Positions 9,447-20,231 are shown, counted from the stretch's first letter. The stretch: 64,000 bases of DNA from an uncultured Chloroflexia bacterium (GCA_963707215.1 CAVPPB010000002.1:384001-448000), one strand, 5' to 3'. Program-made: numbers and translations. Notes: generated by a model not told the origin, from the letters alone.

Positions 9447-11203
9447 CGGCGCCAGCCGAGACCGCCCCCGCCCGCCCTCGGCGGGTCGCCCGCCGCTCCC
9501 CGATCACCGGTCGGACGATCGCAGTCGTCATCACCGTCCTCATCGTCGTCTACCTCGTGCTCGGCCCCCTGGCGATGCTCCTCTTCTCGAGCTTCCGCCT
9601 GACCGAGGGGAACCTGCCGTTCAGCCCCGACGCGACCTGGACGCTCCAGAACTACGCTGAGGTCTTCCTCTCGGAATCCACCTGGCGCCTGCTCCTGACG
9701 ACGCTGTTCTTCTCCTTCGGCTCGCTGGCGATGAGCTTCACCCTGGCCATCTCGCTGGCCTGGCTGACCGAGCGCACGAACATGCCGTTCCGGAACGTGC
9801 TGTTCGTCCTGGTCGTCGCCTCGATCGGCATCCCCAACGTCGTTCTGGGCATCGCCTGGGAGCTCATCCTCAACCCGGTCAACGGGCTGGTGAACCTGGG
9901 CATCCGCGAGCTGATCGGGTGGGAGGGCCAGGGGCCACTCAACGTCTTCACCCTGCCGGGCCTGATCTTCGTCCAGGGGATCAGCCTCGTGCCCATCACC
10001 TACCTGCTGGTGGCCGCGGCCTTCCGAGCCATCGACATCTCGCTGGAGGACGCCGGCGCGACGTCGGGCGCTGACTTCCGGACGATCGCCCGGCGGATCA
10101 CCCTGCCGCTCCTGCTGCCGGCGCTCCTGTCGGCATTCGTCTACCAGTTCGTGACGGTCATCGAGTCGTTCGACATCCCGTTGATCATCGGGCTGCGCGG
10201 CGGGATCCCGGTCCTGAGCACCCAGATCTACATCACCGCGAGACCGCCGGGTGGCCTGCCCGACTACGGCCTGGCGAGCACCTACAGCATCCTGTTGCTG
10301 GTCGTCGTGCTGCTGCCGCTGCTCTTCTACAACCGCGTCATCGGCCAGAGCGAGCGCTACGCCACGATCACCGGGCGTGGCTATCAGCCGCGCCGGATCG
10401 ACCTTCGTCGCTGGAAGATCCCGGCCATCCTCTTCGGCCTGGCCTTCGCCCTGGTCAGCTTCATCATGCCGGCCCTCACCTTGCTGTGGGCCAGCATCCA
10501 GCCGTACTACGCGGTGCCCAGCTGGGATGCCTTCGGGCGGATCACCTTCGAGGCGTACGCGGAGCTGCTTTCCAGCGACACCTTCCAGCAGGCCGCCCTC
10601 AACACGGTCATCCTCGGCCTGGCCGTCGGCTTCCTGACGCTGGTCCTGGGGACCGTCGTCTCGTGGATCCTGGTCCGGACCCGGAGCCGGGCCCGGGTCG
10701 GCCTCGACTTCCTGGCGTTCCTGCCGCACGCGATGCCCGGCGTCATCATCGGGATCAGCATCCTGCTCATCTACCTCTACGTCCCGATCCCGATCTACGG
10801 CACGCTCTGGATCATCGTGGTGGCCCTGACCACCCAGTACCTGAGCCTCTCGACCAGGCTGATGACCGCCGGTATCGCCCAGGTCAAGCTCGAGCTCGAG
10901 GAGGCTGGCGAGGCCAGCGGGGCCTCCTGGCTGGCGACGATCCGACTCATCGTCCGGCCGCTCGTCTGGCCGGCCGTGCTGAACGGCTTCCTGCTCGTCT
11001 TCCTCCAGGCGATCAAGAACCTCACCCTCGCGCTCATCCTCATCTCGCCGGACGGGGTGGTGCTCTCGACGCTCATCTACCAGTTCTGGGACCGGGCCAA
11101 CACGGCCGGGGCCGGAGCGGTCGGCGTCATCGTCCTGACGATCACCGTGCTCCTGTCGATCGGCCTTCGTCGGGTGAGCATGCGGGCCGACCAGATGGCC
11201 TGA
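9443..11203 (+). CDS. ABC transporter permease (FbpB-type, two TMD repeats)
   Basis: ~12 hydrophobic segments; two EAA loops (LEDAGATSGA, LEEAGEASGA). Confidence 0.92.
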   Translation: MTAPAETAPARPRRVARRSPITGRTIAVVITVLIVVYLVLGPLAMLLFSSFRLTEGNLPFSPDATWTLQNYAEVFLSESTWRLLLTTLFFSFGSLAMSFTLAISLAWLTERTNMPFRNVLFVLVVASIGIPNVVLGIAWELILNPVNGLVNLGIRELIGWEGQGPLNVFTLPGLIFVQGISLVPITYLLVAAAFRAIDISLEDAGATSGADFRTIARRITLPLLLPALLSAFVYQFVTVIESFDIPLIIGLRGGIPVLSTQIYITARPPGGLPDYGLASTYSILLLVVVLLPLLFYNRVIGQSERYATITGRGYQPRRIDLRRWKIPAILFGLAFALVSFIMPALTLLWASIQPYYAVPSWDAFGRITFEAYAELLSSDTFQQAALNTVILGLAVGFLTLVLGTVVSWILVRTRSRARVGLDFLAFLPHAMPGVIIGISILLIYLYVPIPIYGTLWIIVVALTTQYLSLSTRLMTAGIAQVKLELEEAGEASGASWLATIRLIVRPLVWPAVLNGFLLVFLQAIKNLTLALILISPDGVVLSTLIYQFWDRANTAGAGAVGVIVLTITVLLSIGLRRVSMRADQMA

Positions 11204-11217
11204 CCATCCCGGTCGCG

Positions 11218-11258
11218 TTGCACGGCCGGACCATGGTTCGTAGAATGCCGTTGTATAC
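11218..11258 (+). promoter_or_regulatory. Sigma70-type promoter TTGCAC-N17-TAGAAT with overlapping operator (GAATGCCGTTGTATAC)
   Basis: -35 at 11218-11223 and -10 at 11241-11246, 17-nt spacer, upstream of Mo-hydroxylase operon #2. Confidence 0.65.
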
Positions 11259-11307
11259 CGTCATCTCCGGCAGACGGCCGGTCCCCCTCGGCGAGTGAGG
11301 TCGCTCG

Positions 11308-12204
11308 ATGCCCGAACCCCTCGCGCTGTACCAGCCCACCTCGCTCGACGAGGCGGTCGACCTGCTTGCCGATCTGGGTGACGAGGCCAAGGTCATCGCC
11401 GGCGGCACGGCGCTGACGATCATGCTCCGGCAGCGGCTCATCGCGCCGACAGCCCTGATCAGCATCGGTCGCCTGCCCGACCTCGATGCGATCGAGGCAG
11501 AGGAGGGCGGGCTCCGGATCGGGGCGCTTGCCCGCCACCGTGACGTCGAGCACAGCGGGATCGTCGGCGAGCGATGGCCGGTCCTGGCACGGGCGTTCGG
11601 GCTTGTCGGCAACGTCCGGGTCCGCAATGCCGCGACCGTCGGCGGCGTCCTCGCCGAGTCCGACTACGCGTCGGACCCGCCGGCCGTCTTCGTCCTCCTG
11701 GATGCCGAGGTCGAGGTCCGTGGTCCCGGCGGGACCCGGACCATCCCGGCGAGCGAGTTCTTCGTCGCCTTCTACGAGACGGCCATCGAGCCCGACGAGC
11801 TGGTGACCGGCGTCCGGGTGCCGGCCCTGGCGACCGAAGCTGCCGCCGTGTACGAGAAGTTCGTCACCCGCTCCTCGGAGGATCGACCCTGCGTCGGCGT
11901 GGCGGCCCTCGTGGGGCTCGATGCCGACGGTGGCTGCCGCGAGCTTCGGGTCGCCGTGGGAGCCGCCGCCGAGACGCCCCAGCGCTACCCCGACCTGGAG
12001 GCCGAGGCCGCGGGCAAGCCCTTGAGCGACGACCTGATCGCGGGGATCGCCGACGGCTACGCCGAGCGGATCGATCCGCTCGACGACATGCGCGGGTCGG
12101 CTTGGTACCGTCGAGAGGTCACCCGCGTCTGGGTCCGCCGAGCCATCGAGCACGCCGCCGCCGACGCCGGCCGGTCGGCCGGGCCCGAGGCGGCTTCGCG
12201 ATGA
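11308..12204 (+). CDS. FAD-binding medium subunit (CoxM-like), Mo-hydroxylase #2
   Basis: IAGGT, VRNAATVGG, DDMRGSAWYR. Confidence 0.92.
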   Translation: MPEPLALYQPTSLDEAVDLLADLGDEAKVIAGGTALTIMLRQRLIAPTALISIGRLPDLDAIEAEEGGLRIGALARHRDVEHSGIVGERWPVLARAFGLVGNVRVRNAATVGGVLAESDYASDPPAVFVLLDAEVEVRGPGGTRTIPASEFFVAFYETAIEPDELVTGVRVPALATEAAAVYEKFVTRSSEDRPCVGVAALVGLDADGGCRELRVAVGAAAETPQRYPDLEAEAAGKPLSDDLIAGIADGYAERIDPLDDMRGSAWYRREVTRVWVRRAIEHAAADAGRSAGPEAASR

Positions 12205-14528
12205 CCCTCACCTCACATCGGGCCTCCATCGACCCCGGCCGCGGGGGGATGGTCGACGCCGTCGAGCGAGTGACCGGCCGTGTCGCCTATGCGATGGACG
12301 TCCGCCTGCCCGGGATGCTCCAGGCGCGGCTCCTCCGCAGCACGATGCCCCATGCTCGCATCCGCTCGATCGACGTCGCGGCGGCCCGTCGGGTCCCCGG
12401 CGTGGCAGCTGTCGTCACCGGAGCCGACCTCCAGGCGCGCGGCGACCTCCAGGTCTGGTACGGCCCGGTCTTCCGTGACCAGCCGATCCTGGCCATCGAC
12501 AAGGTCCGCTATGTCGGCGAGCCGGTGGTCGCCGTGGCGGCGGTCGACCTCGATGCGGCCCAGGAAGCACTCGACCTGATCGAGGTCGAGTACGAGGAGC
12601 TCCCGGCGGTGTTCACGGTGGAGGACGCCCTGGCGGACGGCGCAGCGCTCGTCCACGAGGAGCCACCGCGGACCGGCCAGACCTTCGCCGATCTCATCAT
12701 CGACGCGCAGGGCGGCACGAACGTCTGCAACCATTTCAAGCTCCGCAAGGGCGACGTCGAGGCCGGCTTCGCCGAGGCCGACGAGATCTTCGAGGACGTC
12801 TACACGAGCCCGCCCGTCCAGCACGTCCCGATGGAGACGCACGTCTGCGTCGCCGACGTCCGGGACGGCCAGGTCACCCTCTGGGACAGTGCCCAGATCC
12901 CGTTCGTGCTCCGCTCGCAGATGGCCGAGATCTTCGGCATCCCCCAGACGAGGGTCAGGGTCATCGTCCCGACCCTGGGCGGCGGCTACGGGGCCAAGTG
13001 CTACCCGAAGCTCGAGCCGGTGACCGCCGCCTTGTCGCTGGTGACCCGCAAGCCGGTCCGCCTCCACCTCAGCCGCGAGGAGGAGTTCGTCACCATCACC
13101 AAGCACGGCGTGCGGATCCGGCTCAGGACCGGGGTGACGCGCGACGGCCGCATCGTGGCCCGGCAGAGCGAGTGCCACTTCAACACCGGTGCCTACGGAG
13201 ACATCGGCCCGCGGTTGATCAAGAACGGTGGCTTCGCGACCGGCGGGCCGCACGCGATCCCGAACGTCTGGGTCGACTCGTACGCCGTCTACACGAACAT
13301 CGTCCCCGCGGGCGCCTTCCGCGGCTACGGGGTCAACCAGGCGGCCTGGGCCTACGAGACCCAGATGGACGTGATCGCCGAGCGCCTGGGCATCGATCCG
13401 CTCGAGCTACGGATGCGGAACCTCCTCGAGGACGGCGACACCGTCATGACCGGCGAGGCGATGTTCGACGCCCACTTCCGCGAGCTCCTCGGCAACGCCG
13501 CACGTTGGATCGGCTGGGCCCCCGCCGAGACCCGTCACGTCGAGGGATCGAAGGCCCGCGCCAAGGGCCTCTCCTGCATCATCAAGGGCACGGTCACCCC
13601 GTCCACCTCGACCGCCTCGGCCAAGCTCAACGAGGACGGCAGCCTCGACGTCCTGACCAGCTCGGTCGAGATGGGCCAGGGGATGCAGGCGTCGATGGCC
13701 ATCCTGGCTGCGGAGCGGCTCGACATCCCGGTCGACGCGGTCAACGTGACCACCCCGGACACCGACGTCACGCCGTACGACCAGCAGACGAGCTCGAGCC
13801 GGACCACCCACGCCATGGGAACGGCCGTGCGCGGGGCGGTCGACGAGATCCGACGCCAGCTCCTGGAGCTTGCGGCCGAAGAGTTGGAGATCGCTCCGGC
13901 TGACCTCGAGATCGCCGCGGGGACGGTCCGGCCGGTCGGCTCGCCGGCCCGGGCGATCGCAGTGGGCGAGCTGGTCCGGCGGAGCCGCTCGGGCAACCTG
14001 CTCGGCAGCTCGACCTTCCGCTCGGAGGGCGGGCTCGACCCCGAGACGGGCCAGGGCATCGGCTCGGTCCACTGGCACCAGGCCGCCGGGGCCGCCGAGG
14101 TCGAGGTCGACCTCGAGACGGGCAAGGTCGACGTCCTCCGCTATCACGCCGGCGTCTATGCCGGCCGGATCATCAACCCGATCCAGGCGGAGCTCCAGAC
14201 CGAGGGCAACGTCGCCTTCGGGATCGGCCAGGCTCTGTTCGAGGAGATGGTCTTCGACGGCGGCCAGCTCCAGAACGGCAATCTTGGCGACTACATGATC
14301 TGCAGCATCGAGGATCTGCCGGAGGTTGCCTCTGGCGTCCTCGAGCACCTCGAGGCGAACGACATCCACGGCATCGGCGAGACGTCGCTGCCGCCGGTCG
14401 CCCCGGCCATCGGCAACGCCGTCTACCGGGCGACCGGCGTCCGGATCGTCGACCTGCCGATCACTCCCGAGAAGATCCTGCGCGGCCTCCGCGACCGTGC
14501 CGCCAGGCAGGAGGGCGAGACCCCATGA
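12201..14528 (+). CDS. Xanthine dehydrogenase-family molybdopterin-binding large subunit #2
   Basis: ATG 12201 overlaps the upstream stop. RVTGRVAY, PMETH, GGGYGAK, AFRGYG, EMGQG, HGIGE. Confidence 0.92.
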   Translation: MTLTSHRASIDPGRGGMVDAVERVTGRVAYAMDVRLPGMLQARLLRSTMPHARIRSIDVAAARRVPGVAAVVTGADLQARGDLQVWYGPVFRDQPILAIDKVRYVGEPVVAVAAVDLDAAQEALDLIEVEYEELPAVFTVEDALADGAALVHEEPPRTGQTFADLIIDAQGGTNVCNHFKLRKGDVEAGFAEADEIFEDVYTSPPVQHVPMETHVCVADVRDGQVTLWDSAQIPFVLRSQMAEIFGIPQTRVRVIVPTLGGGYGAKCYPKLEPVTAALSLVTRKPVRLHLSREEEFVTITKHGVRIRLRTGVTRDGRIVARQSECHFNTGAYGDIGPRLIKNGGFATGGPHAIPNVWVDSYAVYTNIVPAGAFRGYGVNQAAWAYETQMDVIAERLGIDPLELRMRNLLEDGDTVMTGEAMFDAHFRELLGNAARWIGWAPAETRHVEGSKARAKGLSCIIKGTVTPSTSTASAKLNEDGSLDVLTSSVEMGQGMQASMAILAAERLDIPVDAVNVTTPDTDVTPYDQQTSSSRTTHAMGTAVRGAVDEIRRQLLELAAEELEIAPADLEIAAGTVRPVGSPARAIAVGELVRRSRSGNLLGSSTFRSEGGLDPETGQGIGSVHWHQAAGAAEVEVDLETGKVDVLRYHAGVYAGRIINPIQAELQTEGNVAFGIGQALFEEMVFDGGQLQNGNLGDYMICSIEDLPEVASGVLEHLEANDIHGIGETSLPPVAPAIGNAVYRATGVRIVDLPITPEKILRGLRDRAARQEGETP

Positions 14529-15058
14529 CCATGACCGGAGATGTCGGCGGGCCCGCCCCGAGCCCCGTGGACGCCGAGGGCAAGCTCTCTCTGACCCTTC
14601 GGGTCAACGGCCGTGAGCACGTCGTCCGGGCGCGGCCCCACCACACGCTCCTCGAGGTCCTCCGCAACGAGCTCGGGCTGACCGGCCCGAGGGAGGGCTG
14701 CGGGATCGGCATGTGTGGAGCCTGCACGGTCCTGGTCGACGGCCGACCGGTCAGCGGCTGCCTGCTCCTCGCCGGGTTGGCCGAGGGGGTCGACATCGTC
14801 ACCGTCGAGGGCCTGGAGCAACCGGACGGCTCGCTCCACCCGATCCAGCAGGCCTACGTGGACCACACGGCCTTCCAGTGCTCCTACTGCACCCCCGGGT
14901 TCATCCTGGCCACCAAGGCCCTGCTGGACGAGCAGCCGGACGTGTCCCGTGACGAGGCGAAGCGGTACCTCGCCGGCAACCTCTGCCGCTGCGGAAGCTA
15001 CGTCAAGATCCTCGACGCCACCATGGACGCCAGGGAGCGCCTCTCCGCCACCGACTGA
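14525..15058 (+). CDS. (2Fe-2S) small subunit, Mo-hydroxylase #2
   Basis: GCGIGMCGACTV, FQCSYCTPG, GNLCRCGSY. Confidence 0.92.
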   Translation: MTMTGDVGGPAPSPVDAEGKLSLTLRVNGREHVVRARPHHTLLEVLRNELGLTGPREGCGIGMCGACTVLVDGRPVSGCLLLAGLAEGVDIVTVEGLEQPDGSLHPIQQAYVDHTAFQCSYCTPGFILATKALLDEQPDVSRDEAKRYLAGNLCRCGSYVKILDATMDARERLSATD

Positions 15059-15100
15059 CGGCGTCCCGGCGCCGGCCCCCGACGACCGGAGCCCGTCGCC

Positions 15101-16471
15101 TCAGGTCGTGCCGCCGGACCCCTCGCCGCGCGGTCGACGGACGAGCGCGTCGAACGGCGTCCGTGCAGCGACGACAGCCCCGGCGCCCAGCACGATCGCC
15201 ATGACGCCCCAGATCGCCATGACCCCGGTCACGCCGGCGATGGCGCCCATGAGCGAGGGGACGATCAGCAGGGCGCCCCGATTGCCGGTGAGGCGGACAC
15301 CCAGGGCGAGCGCGCGCTCCTGCCGCGGCGAGCGGTTGGCCACCCAGGCGATCGTCATCGGCTGGCCGAGTCCGAGACCGAGCCCGATGAGGATCATGAC
15401 GCCGAAGAGGACGGGGACGGAGCCGATGAACGGCAGCGACAGGATCCCGGCGCCCGCCATCAGCATGCTCGCGGCCAGGAGCCGGTTCCGGCCGAGCAGG
15501 GCGATCAGCTGGGCCATGAAGAGGCGCGAGACCATCGACGAAGCCGCGCGGACCGACAGCAGCAGCCCGACGGTCTCCACCGGCAACCCGGTCGCTTCGC
15601 CGTAGACGGGCAGGTACGCGATCAGGACGTCGACCGAGGAGATCACCGTGATGCTGACCAGCATGGCGGCGGCCATGCCCGGTCGACGGAGCACCGTGGC
15701 CGCCGCCGAGAGGATGCTGGGTGTTCGGCCGGTCGTCGTGCCCGGGTCGGGCGGGCGCGGGCGGCGCCGCGGCAGGAAGAGGGCCAGGACGAAGGCGATG
15801 CCGGTGACCGTGGCCGAGAAGAGGAAGACGGGCGCCTCCGGGTTGTCGGCGAAGATCCCCGACAGCGGTCCATCCGGATCCGTCGCCACTGCCCCTGCGG
15901 CGATGGTCCCGCCAACGAGGAAGGCAGCGATCGCCGGTCCTGCCAGCTGGCCCAGCGACGCGACCGTGGAGTACCAGCCGTAGCGCTGCTCGCGGCCCTC
16001 CCTCGGGCCCCGGTTGGCGATCATCGTCTGGCCGGCCACCAGGTTGGTGATCTGGCCGAAGCCCATGATCGACTGGCTGATGGCGAGGACCACGAGGGTG
16101 CCCGCCGTGGTCGCCACCAGGCTCCCGACGCTGATGATCGCCATCCCGGCGATCAGGAACCGAGCCTCGCCGATGCGGTCGACCCAGCGACCGAGCGCGA
16201 CGGCGGTGAAGACCGGGAGGATCGAGAAGGCCGACTGCACCAGGCCGATCTCGAGCGGACCCGCTCCGAGGCCGATGGCTCGGTAGGTGACCATCGGGCG
16301 GGTCGCCTGGATCGCCGTGACCGACAGGGCCGCGATCGCCAGTTGGAGGGCGAACCAGCGCGCCCAATGCGGATCGACCCGGGAGCTCATCCCGCTCCGC
16401 GCCGGGGTCTCTCCCTCGCCAGCCTCGGCCTCGCCGGTCGGCCCGGGGGCTGGCGAGCCGACCTCAGCCAT
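15101..16471 (-). CDS. MFS transporter
   Basis: 12 TM segments, motif A GRWVDRIGEAR. Start uncertain (16471 or 16390). Confidence 0.85.
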   Translation of the reverse strand: MAEVGSPAPGPTGEAEAGEGETPARSGMSSRVDPHWARWFALQLAIAALSVTAIQATRPMVTYRAIGLGAGPLEIGLVQSAFSILPVFTAVALGRWVDRIGEARFLIAGMAIISVGSLVATTAGTLVVLAISQSIMGFGQITNLVAGQTMIANRGPREGREQRYGWYSTVASLGQLAGPAIAAFLVGGTIAAGAVATDPDGPLSGIFADNPEAPVFLFSATVTGIAFVLALFLPRRRPRPPDPGTTTGRTPSILSAAATVLRRPGMAAAMLVSITVISSVDVLIAYLPVYGEATGLPVETVGLLLSVRAASSMVSRLFMAQLIALLGRNRLLAASMLMAGAGILSLPFIGSVPVLFGVMILIGLGLGLGQPMTIAWVANRSPRQERALALGVRLTGNRGALLIVPSLMGAIAGVTGVMAIWGVMAIVLGAGAVVAARTPFDALVRRPRGEGSGGTT

Positions 16472-16617
16472 CGACCATCGTCCGCCGCCCGGGATCGTGA
16501 CGGGCGCTCGGGTGCCCGGTGCCACGAACGACGCTCGCTGGGTCCGCACGCTGCGGTCCGGCGCCACGGGAGGCTTGGTACACTTCGGTATGCAACACGT
16601 GCAGGGAGCCTGACCGG

Positions 16618-17070
16618 ATGATCCTTGACCAGCAGGTGACGATCCCCGCGCCCGTCGACCGGGTGTGGGACTTCATCATGGACATTCCCGCCGTCAGTCG
16701 TTGCGTTCCCGGTGTCGAATCGTTCGACGCCGTCGATGCGGACACGTTCCAGGGAGCGATGAAGGTCCGCGTCGGGCCGATCGGCGTCCGGCTCCAGGGC
16801 CGCGTCGTCGTCGTGGAGCGCGACCGCGAGCAGCTCCGCTCGGTGTTCGACGTCACGGCTGCAGAGAAGCGGATCGCCAGCACGGTCAATGCCAAGACGA
16901 CGCTCACGCTCGTGCCGAGCGGCGACGACGCGACCGATCTGACGATCCACACCGAGGCGTCGATCCTGGGCAAGCTCGGCGAGTTCGGCCAGGCCGTCAT
17001 GCGGCGCAAGGCCGACCAGGTCGTGGGCGACTTCGCCAAGAACATGTCGAAGGCGATCGAGGCCGGCTGA
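16618..17070 (+). CDS. coxG: CoxG/SRPBCC family protein
   Basis: RBS GGGAG; VWDF..DIPAV..CVPG, KVRVGPI, GKLGEFG; next to Mo-hydroxylase genes. Confidence 0.85.
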   Translation: MILDQQVTIPAPVDRVWDFIMDIPAVSRCVPGVESFDAVDADTFQGAMKVRVGPIGVRLQGRVVVVERDREQLRSVFDVTAAEKRIASTVNAKTTLTLVPSGDDATDLTIHTEASILGKLGEFGQAVMRRKADQVVGDFAKNMSKAIEAG

Positions 17071-17151
17071 GGCTCGGTCGTCGCAGGGTCCCGCGGATCA
17101 CCGACCGGGGATCCGGCCGGGCGATCGCGGATCCCTCCGCCGCCAGATGCA

Positions 17152-17187
17152 CGAACGACCCGCCGCGCTGACGCGGCGGGTCGTTCG
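17152..17187. terminator. Probable bidirectional terminator hairpin between convergent coxG and amidohydrolase genes
   Basis: Perfect 16-bp inverted repeat CGAACGACCCGCCGCG-ctga-CGCGGCGGGTCGTTCG. Confidence 0.7.
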
Positions 17188-17222
17188 CAGTGGAGGAGGA
17201 GCTGCGAGATCGGGCTCCGGAC

Positions 17223-18611
17223 TCAGGCGCCGGATCCGGCCGCCGGCCCGACGCTGGGTCGGACCATGCGGCCCCCGGGCTCGCCGACCAGCGAGCCATC
17301 ACGCATGATCATGCGGCCCCGGATGATGGTGGCGACGGGTGCGCCCTTGGTCTTGTCGCCGTCGAAGGGGGTGACGTGGTTCTTGCTGTGGAGCTCGTCG
17401 TCCCGGATGACCCCCTCCTTCTGCAGGTCGACGATGGTCAGGTCGCCGTCGGAGCCGAGCCGGATGGCGCCCTTCTGGGGGTACATGTCCCAGGTCTTGG
17501 CCGGCCCCTCGGACGAGGCGCGAACGAACTCCTGCAGCGTCATCCGGCCAGCGTTGACGCCATGGGTCAGGAAGTAGCTGACGCTCGTCTCGACGCCAGG
17601 GAAGCCGGAGATCGCCTTCCAGATGTCGTCGTTGAGCTTCTCCTCGGCCGTGTGTGGCGAGTGGTCGGTCGCGATCTGGCTCACCCGGCCGTCACGGAGA
17701 CCCTCGAGCAGGTAGTCGCCATGGCCCTCGCTGCCGTAGCGGATCGGCGGGTTCATCCGCAGTCGAGGACCGAGCGTGGCCATGTCCTCGGCCTTCTTGA
17801 AGACGTAGTGAGCGCCGGTCTCGCAGGTGATGTCGACGCCCTTGCCCCGCCACTCGTCGATCATGTCGAGGCCGTCGCGGCTCGAGAGGTGGAAGATGTG
17901 GATCTTCGTCCCGGTGTGCCGAGCGTAGAGGCCCATCCGCTGGATCGACTCGACCTCCGCCAGGGGCGGACGCGAGTCGACATGAGCGAGCGGATCGTTG
18001 CGCCCCGCCGCCTTGAACTGGCGGATGAGGTGCTGCATGATCTCGTTGTTCTCGGCGTGGAAGCCGATCCGAAGGCCGGTGGCCTGGATCTCGCGCAGGC
18101 CGTCGAGCATCATCCCGTCGTCCGGGGCGGGGATGTTCCCGATCGTCTCGCCCAGGAAGCACTTGTAGCCCACGACCCCGGCCTCGGCCAGTGACCGGAG
18201 GGCCGGGACGCTGTCCTGGACCAGCAGGCCGATGATCCCGAAGTCGACGTATGACTTCTCCTCGGCCAGCTTCCGCTTGAGCTCGACGCCCGCGACGGTG
18301 TCGGTCTTGGGGTTCGTGTTGGGCATCTCGACGACGGTCGTGACGCCACCGAACGCGGCCGCGGTGGAACCGGTCCGCCAGTCCTCCTTGTACTCGAGGC
18401 CCGGCTCACGGAAGTGGACGTGACCGTCGATGACGCCCGGCAGCACGTGCAAGCCGGTCGCATCGAATTCCTCGGCCGCGGTCAGGCCGAGCTGGCCGGG
18501 GGCCGCGATGGCGACGAACTTGCCATCCTTCATGGCCAGGTCGGCCGGGAAGGTGGCGTTCGACGTGACGACGGTTCCACCCTTGACGATCAGATCGACG
18601 GCTTGCGACAT
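17223..18611 (-). CDS. Cyclic amidohydrolase (allantoinase/dihydroorotase/hydantoinase family)
   Basis: PGVIDGHVHFREPG, GGVTTVVEMPN, HAEN, HLSS, NPPIR, ATDHSPH, KGAI..GSDGD. Confidence 0.88.
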   Translation of the reverse strand: MSQAVDLIVKGGTVVTSNATFPADLAMKDGKFVAIAAPGQLGLTAAEEFDATGLHVLPGVIDGHVHFREPGLEYKEDWRTGSTAAAFGGVTTVVEMPNTNPKTDTVAGVELKRKLAEEKSYVDFGIIGLLVQDSVPALRSLAEAGVVGYKCFLGETIGNIPAPDDGMMLDGLREIQATGLRIGFHAENNEIMQHLIRQFKAAGRNDPLAHVDSRPPLAEVESIQRMGLYARHTGTKIHIFHLSSRDGLDMIDEWRGKGVDITCETGAHYVFKKAEDMATLGPRLRMNPPIRYGSEGHGDYLLEGLRDGRVSQIATDHSPHTAEEKLNDDIWKAISGFPGVETSVSYFLTHGVNAGRMTLQEFVRASSEGPAKTWDMYPQKGAIRLGSDGDLTIVDLQKEGVIRDDELHSKNHVTPFDGDKTKGAPVATIIRGRMIMRDGSLVGEPGGRMVRPSVGPAAGSGA

Positions 18612-18737
18612 CTCGTGCTCGTTGCTCCTCTTGGGCCCGGGATGGTGGTCGGCCTTCTCCATCGTCGGGCTCGACGGGGAAGGCTCGGGTCGGCAGTCGC
18701 CGGCCCGGTCATCGGAGGCGCGGTCGTTGGTCCCCCC

Positions 18738-20231
18738 TCACCCCCTTGGATCAGCGGCAGCCGGGTCGAGGATCCAGCCCCACCGCTCACGGCTGGCGCG
18801 CATGTCATCGGCTGTGACGACCGGCGGCGCGAAGCGATCCCGCCATTCCCAGGGGATGGTGGCATCGATGAGCAGGCGGGAGTTGAAGCCCCGCTCGTCG
18901 GGATGGATGGCCGGGTCGAGGGGCCCGCTCCAGGCCCGCCGGACGATGGAGACGTCGCGGGCCGGGTCGGCCCGGGTCATCACCGCCCACATGACGTCGG
19001 TGAGGCTGGTGATGTCGATGTCGGGATCGACCACGACGACGATCCGGCCCGCATAGGCCGAGGTCCCGGTCTGACCGCCCACCATCAGGGCCTGTGTCGC
19101 GTGACCGGGGTAGGCCTGGTCGATCGCGATGACGGTCATCATCCGGTTGCCCGACTCGGGCGGGCACCAGACGCCCGTCACCCGGGGCACCCCGGCCTTC
19201 CGAAGCTGATCCTCGATGAGCGCTGACTTCAGGTAGGCCAGGAAGCGGTTGTCCTCGTGAGGTGGCTTGCCCTGCGGGCAGCCCAGCAGGATGGGGTCGT
19301 CCCGGTGGTAGATCGCCTCGACGTGGATGATCGGCGTGCGATGCTCGCCACTGGCGTAGTAGCCCATCCACTCGCCGTAGGGCCCCTCGTCGTGGACCTC
19401 GTCCGGGTACATCCAGCCCTCGATGGCGATCTCGGCATTGGCCGGGATCGGCAGCCCGGTCTTGCGACCGCGCACGACCTGGATCGGCTCACCGCGGACG
19501 CCACCGGCCCAGGCCAGCTCGCTGACACCGTAGGGGATGCCCTCGGCGCAGGAGGCCATGAACAACAGCGGGTCGGCACCGGCGACCACGACGACCGGGC
19601 AGCGCTCCCCGCGATCGAACCACTGCTCGCGGATCAGCTTCCCGTGCTTCCCGGGGCTGATGTAGATGCCCAGCTCGTCGCGGCTGAAGATCTGATTGCG
19701 GTAGGTCCCCACGTTCACCCAGTCCGAGCCGGGATCCTTGAGGATGTTCATGCTCGCGGTCCCGATGTAGCGGCCACCATCGAGCGGATGCCAGAGTGGA
19801 GTGGGGAAGGCCTCGAGGTCGATCGCGTCGCCCTCGAGGACGTTCTCGAAGATCGGCCCACGCTCCACCTCGACGGGCTCGATCGGGTCAAGGTCGCCGA
19901 GGATGCCCCGCCAGAAACGGGACAGCCCTTCGTGGGTCCCTTCGCTGGCGGGCAGCCCGAGGGTCACCGCCTGGCGGCCCGGGGTGCCGTCGCAGTTGAC
20001 GATGACTCGGTGCCCGGACGGGTAGCCCGGGATGTCATCGAAGATGACGCAGGGCGAGCCCTCGGCATGATCGAGGACCTCGGTGACCTCGCCGATGCCC
20101 GCCTGCCAGTCCACGCCCCTGACGACTCGCAGTTCGCCGAGCGCCTGGACCCGCTCGATCCACTCGCGGGTATCCCGCCACGGGGGTAGGCGCTCGCCGG
20201 ACGCCGCGTCGGGTAGGTCGGTGATGGCCAC
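18738..20231 (-). CDS. UbiD-family prFMN-dependent decarboxylase #1
   Basis: DGGRYIGT, NVGTYR, EGPYGEWMGYY, VVVVDPDID..DVMWA, IDAT. Start GTG 20231 (alternative ATG 20279). Confidence 0.92.
   Translation of the reverse strand: MAITDLPDAASGERLPPWRDTREWIERVQALGELRVVRGVDWQAGIGEVTEVLDHAEGSPCVIFDDIPGYPSGHRVIVNCDGTPGRQAVTLGLPASEGTHEGLSRFWRGILGDLDPIEPVEVERGPIFENVLEGDAIDLEAFPTPLWHPLDGGRYIGTASMNILKDPGSDWVNVGTYRNQIFSRDELGIYISPGKHGKLIREQWFDRGERCPVVVVAGADPLLFMASCAEGIPYGVSELAWAGGVRGEPIQVVRGRKTGLPIPANAEIAIEGWMYPDEVHDEGPYGEWMGYYASGEHRTPIIHVEAIYHRDDPILLGCPQGKPPHEDNRFLAYLKSALIEDQLRKAGVPRVTGVWCPPESGNRMMTVIAIDQAYPGHATQALMVGGQTGTSAYAGRIVVVVDPDIDITSLTDVMWAVMTRADPARDVSIVRRAWSGPLDPAIHPDERGFNSRLLIDATIPWEWRDRFAPPVVTADDMRASRERWGWILDPAAADPRG

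Noticed and set aside
11574-12200. N-terminal extension of Mo large subunit #2 (984-aa ORF)
   Set aside because: Overlaps coxM in another frame with Arg-rich junk; the real start is ATG 12201 overlapping the coxM stop.
2409-17070. Aerobic CO dehydrogenase (cox) call for the S/M/L + CoxG genes
   Set aside because: Neither large subunit has AYRCSFR (form I) or AYRGAGR (form II), and coxDEF are absent.
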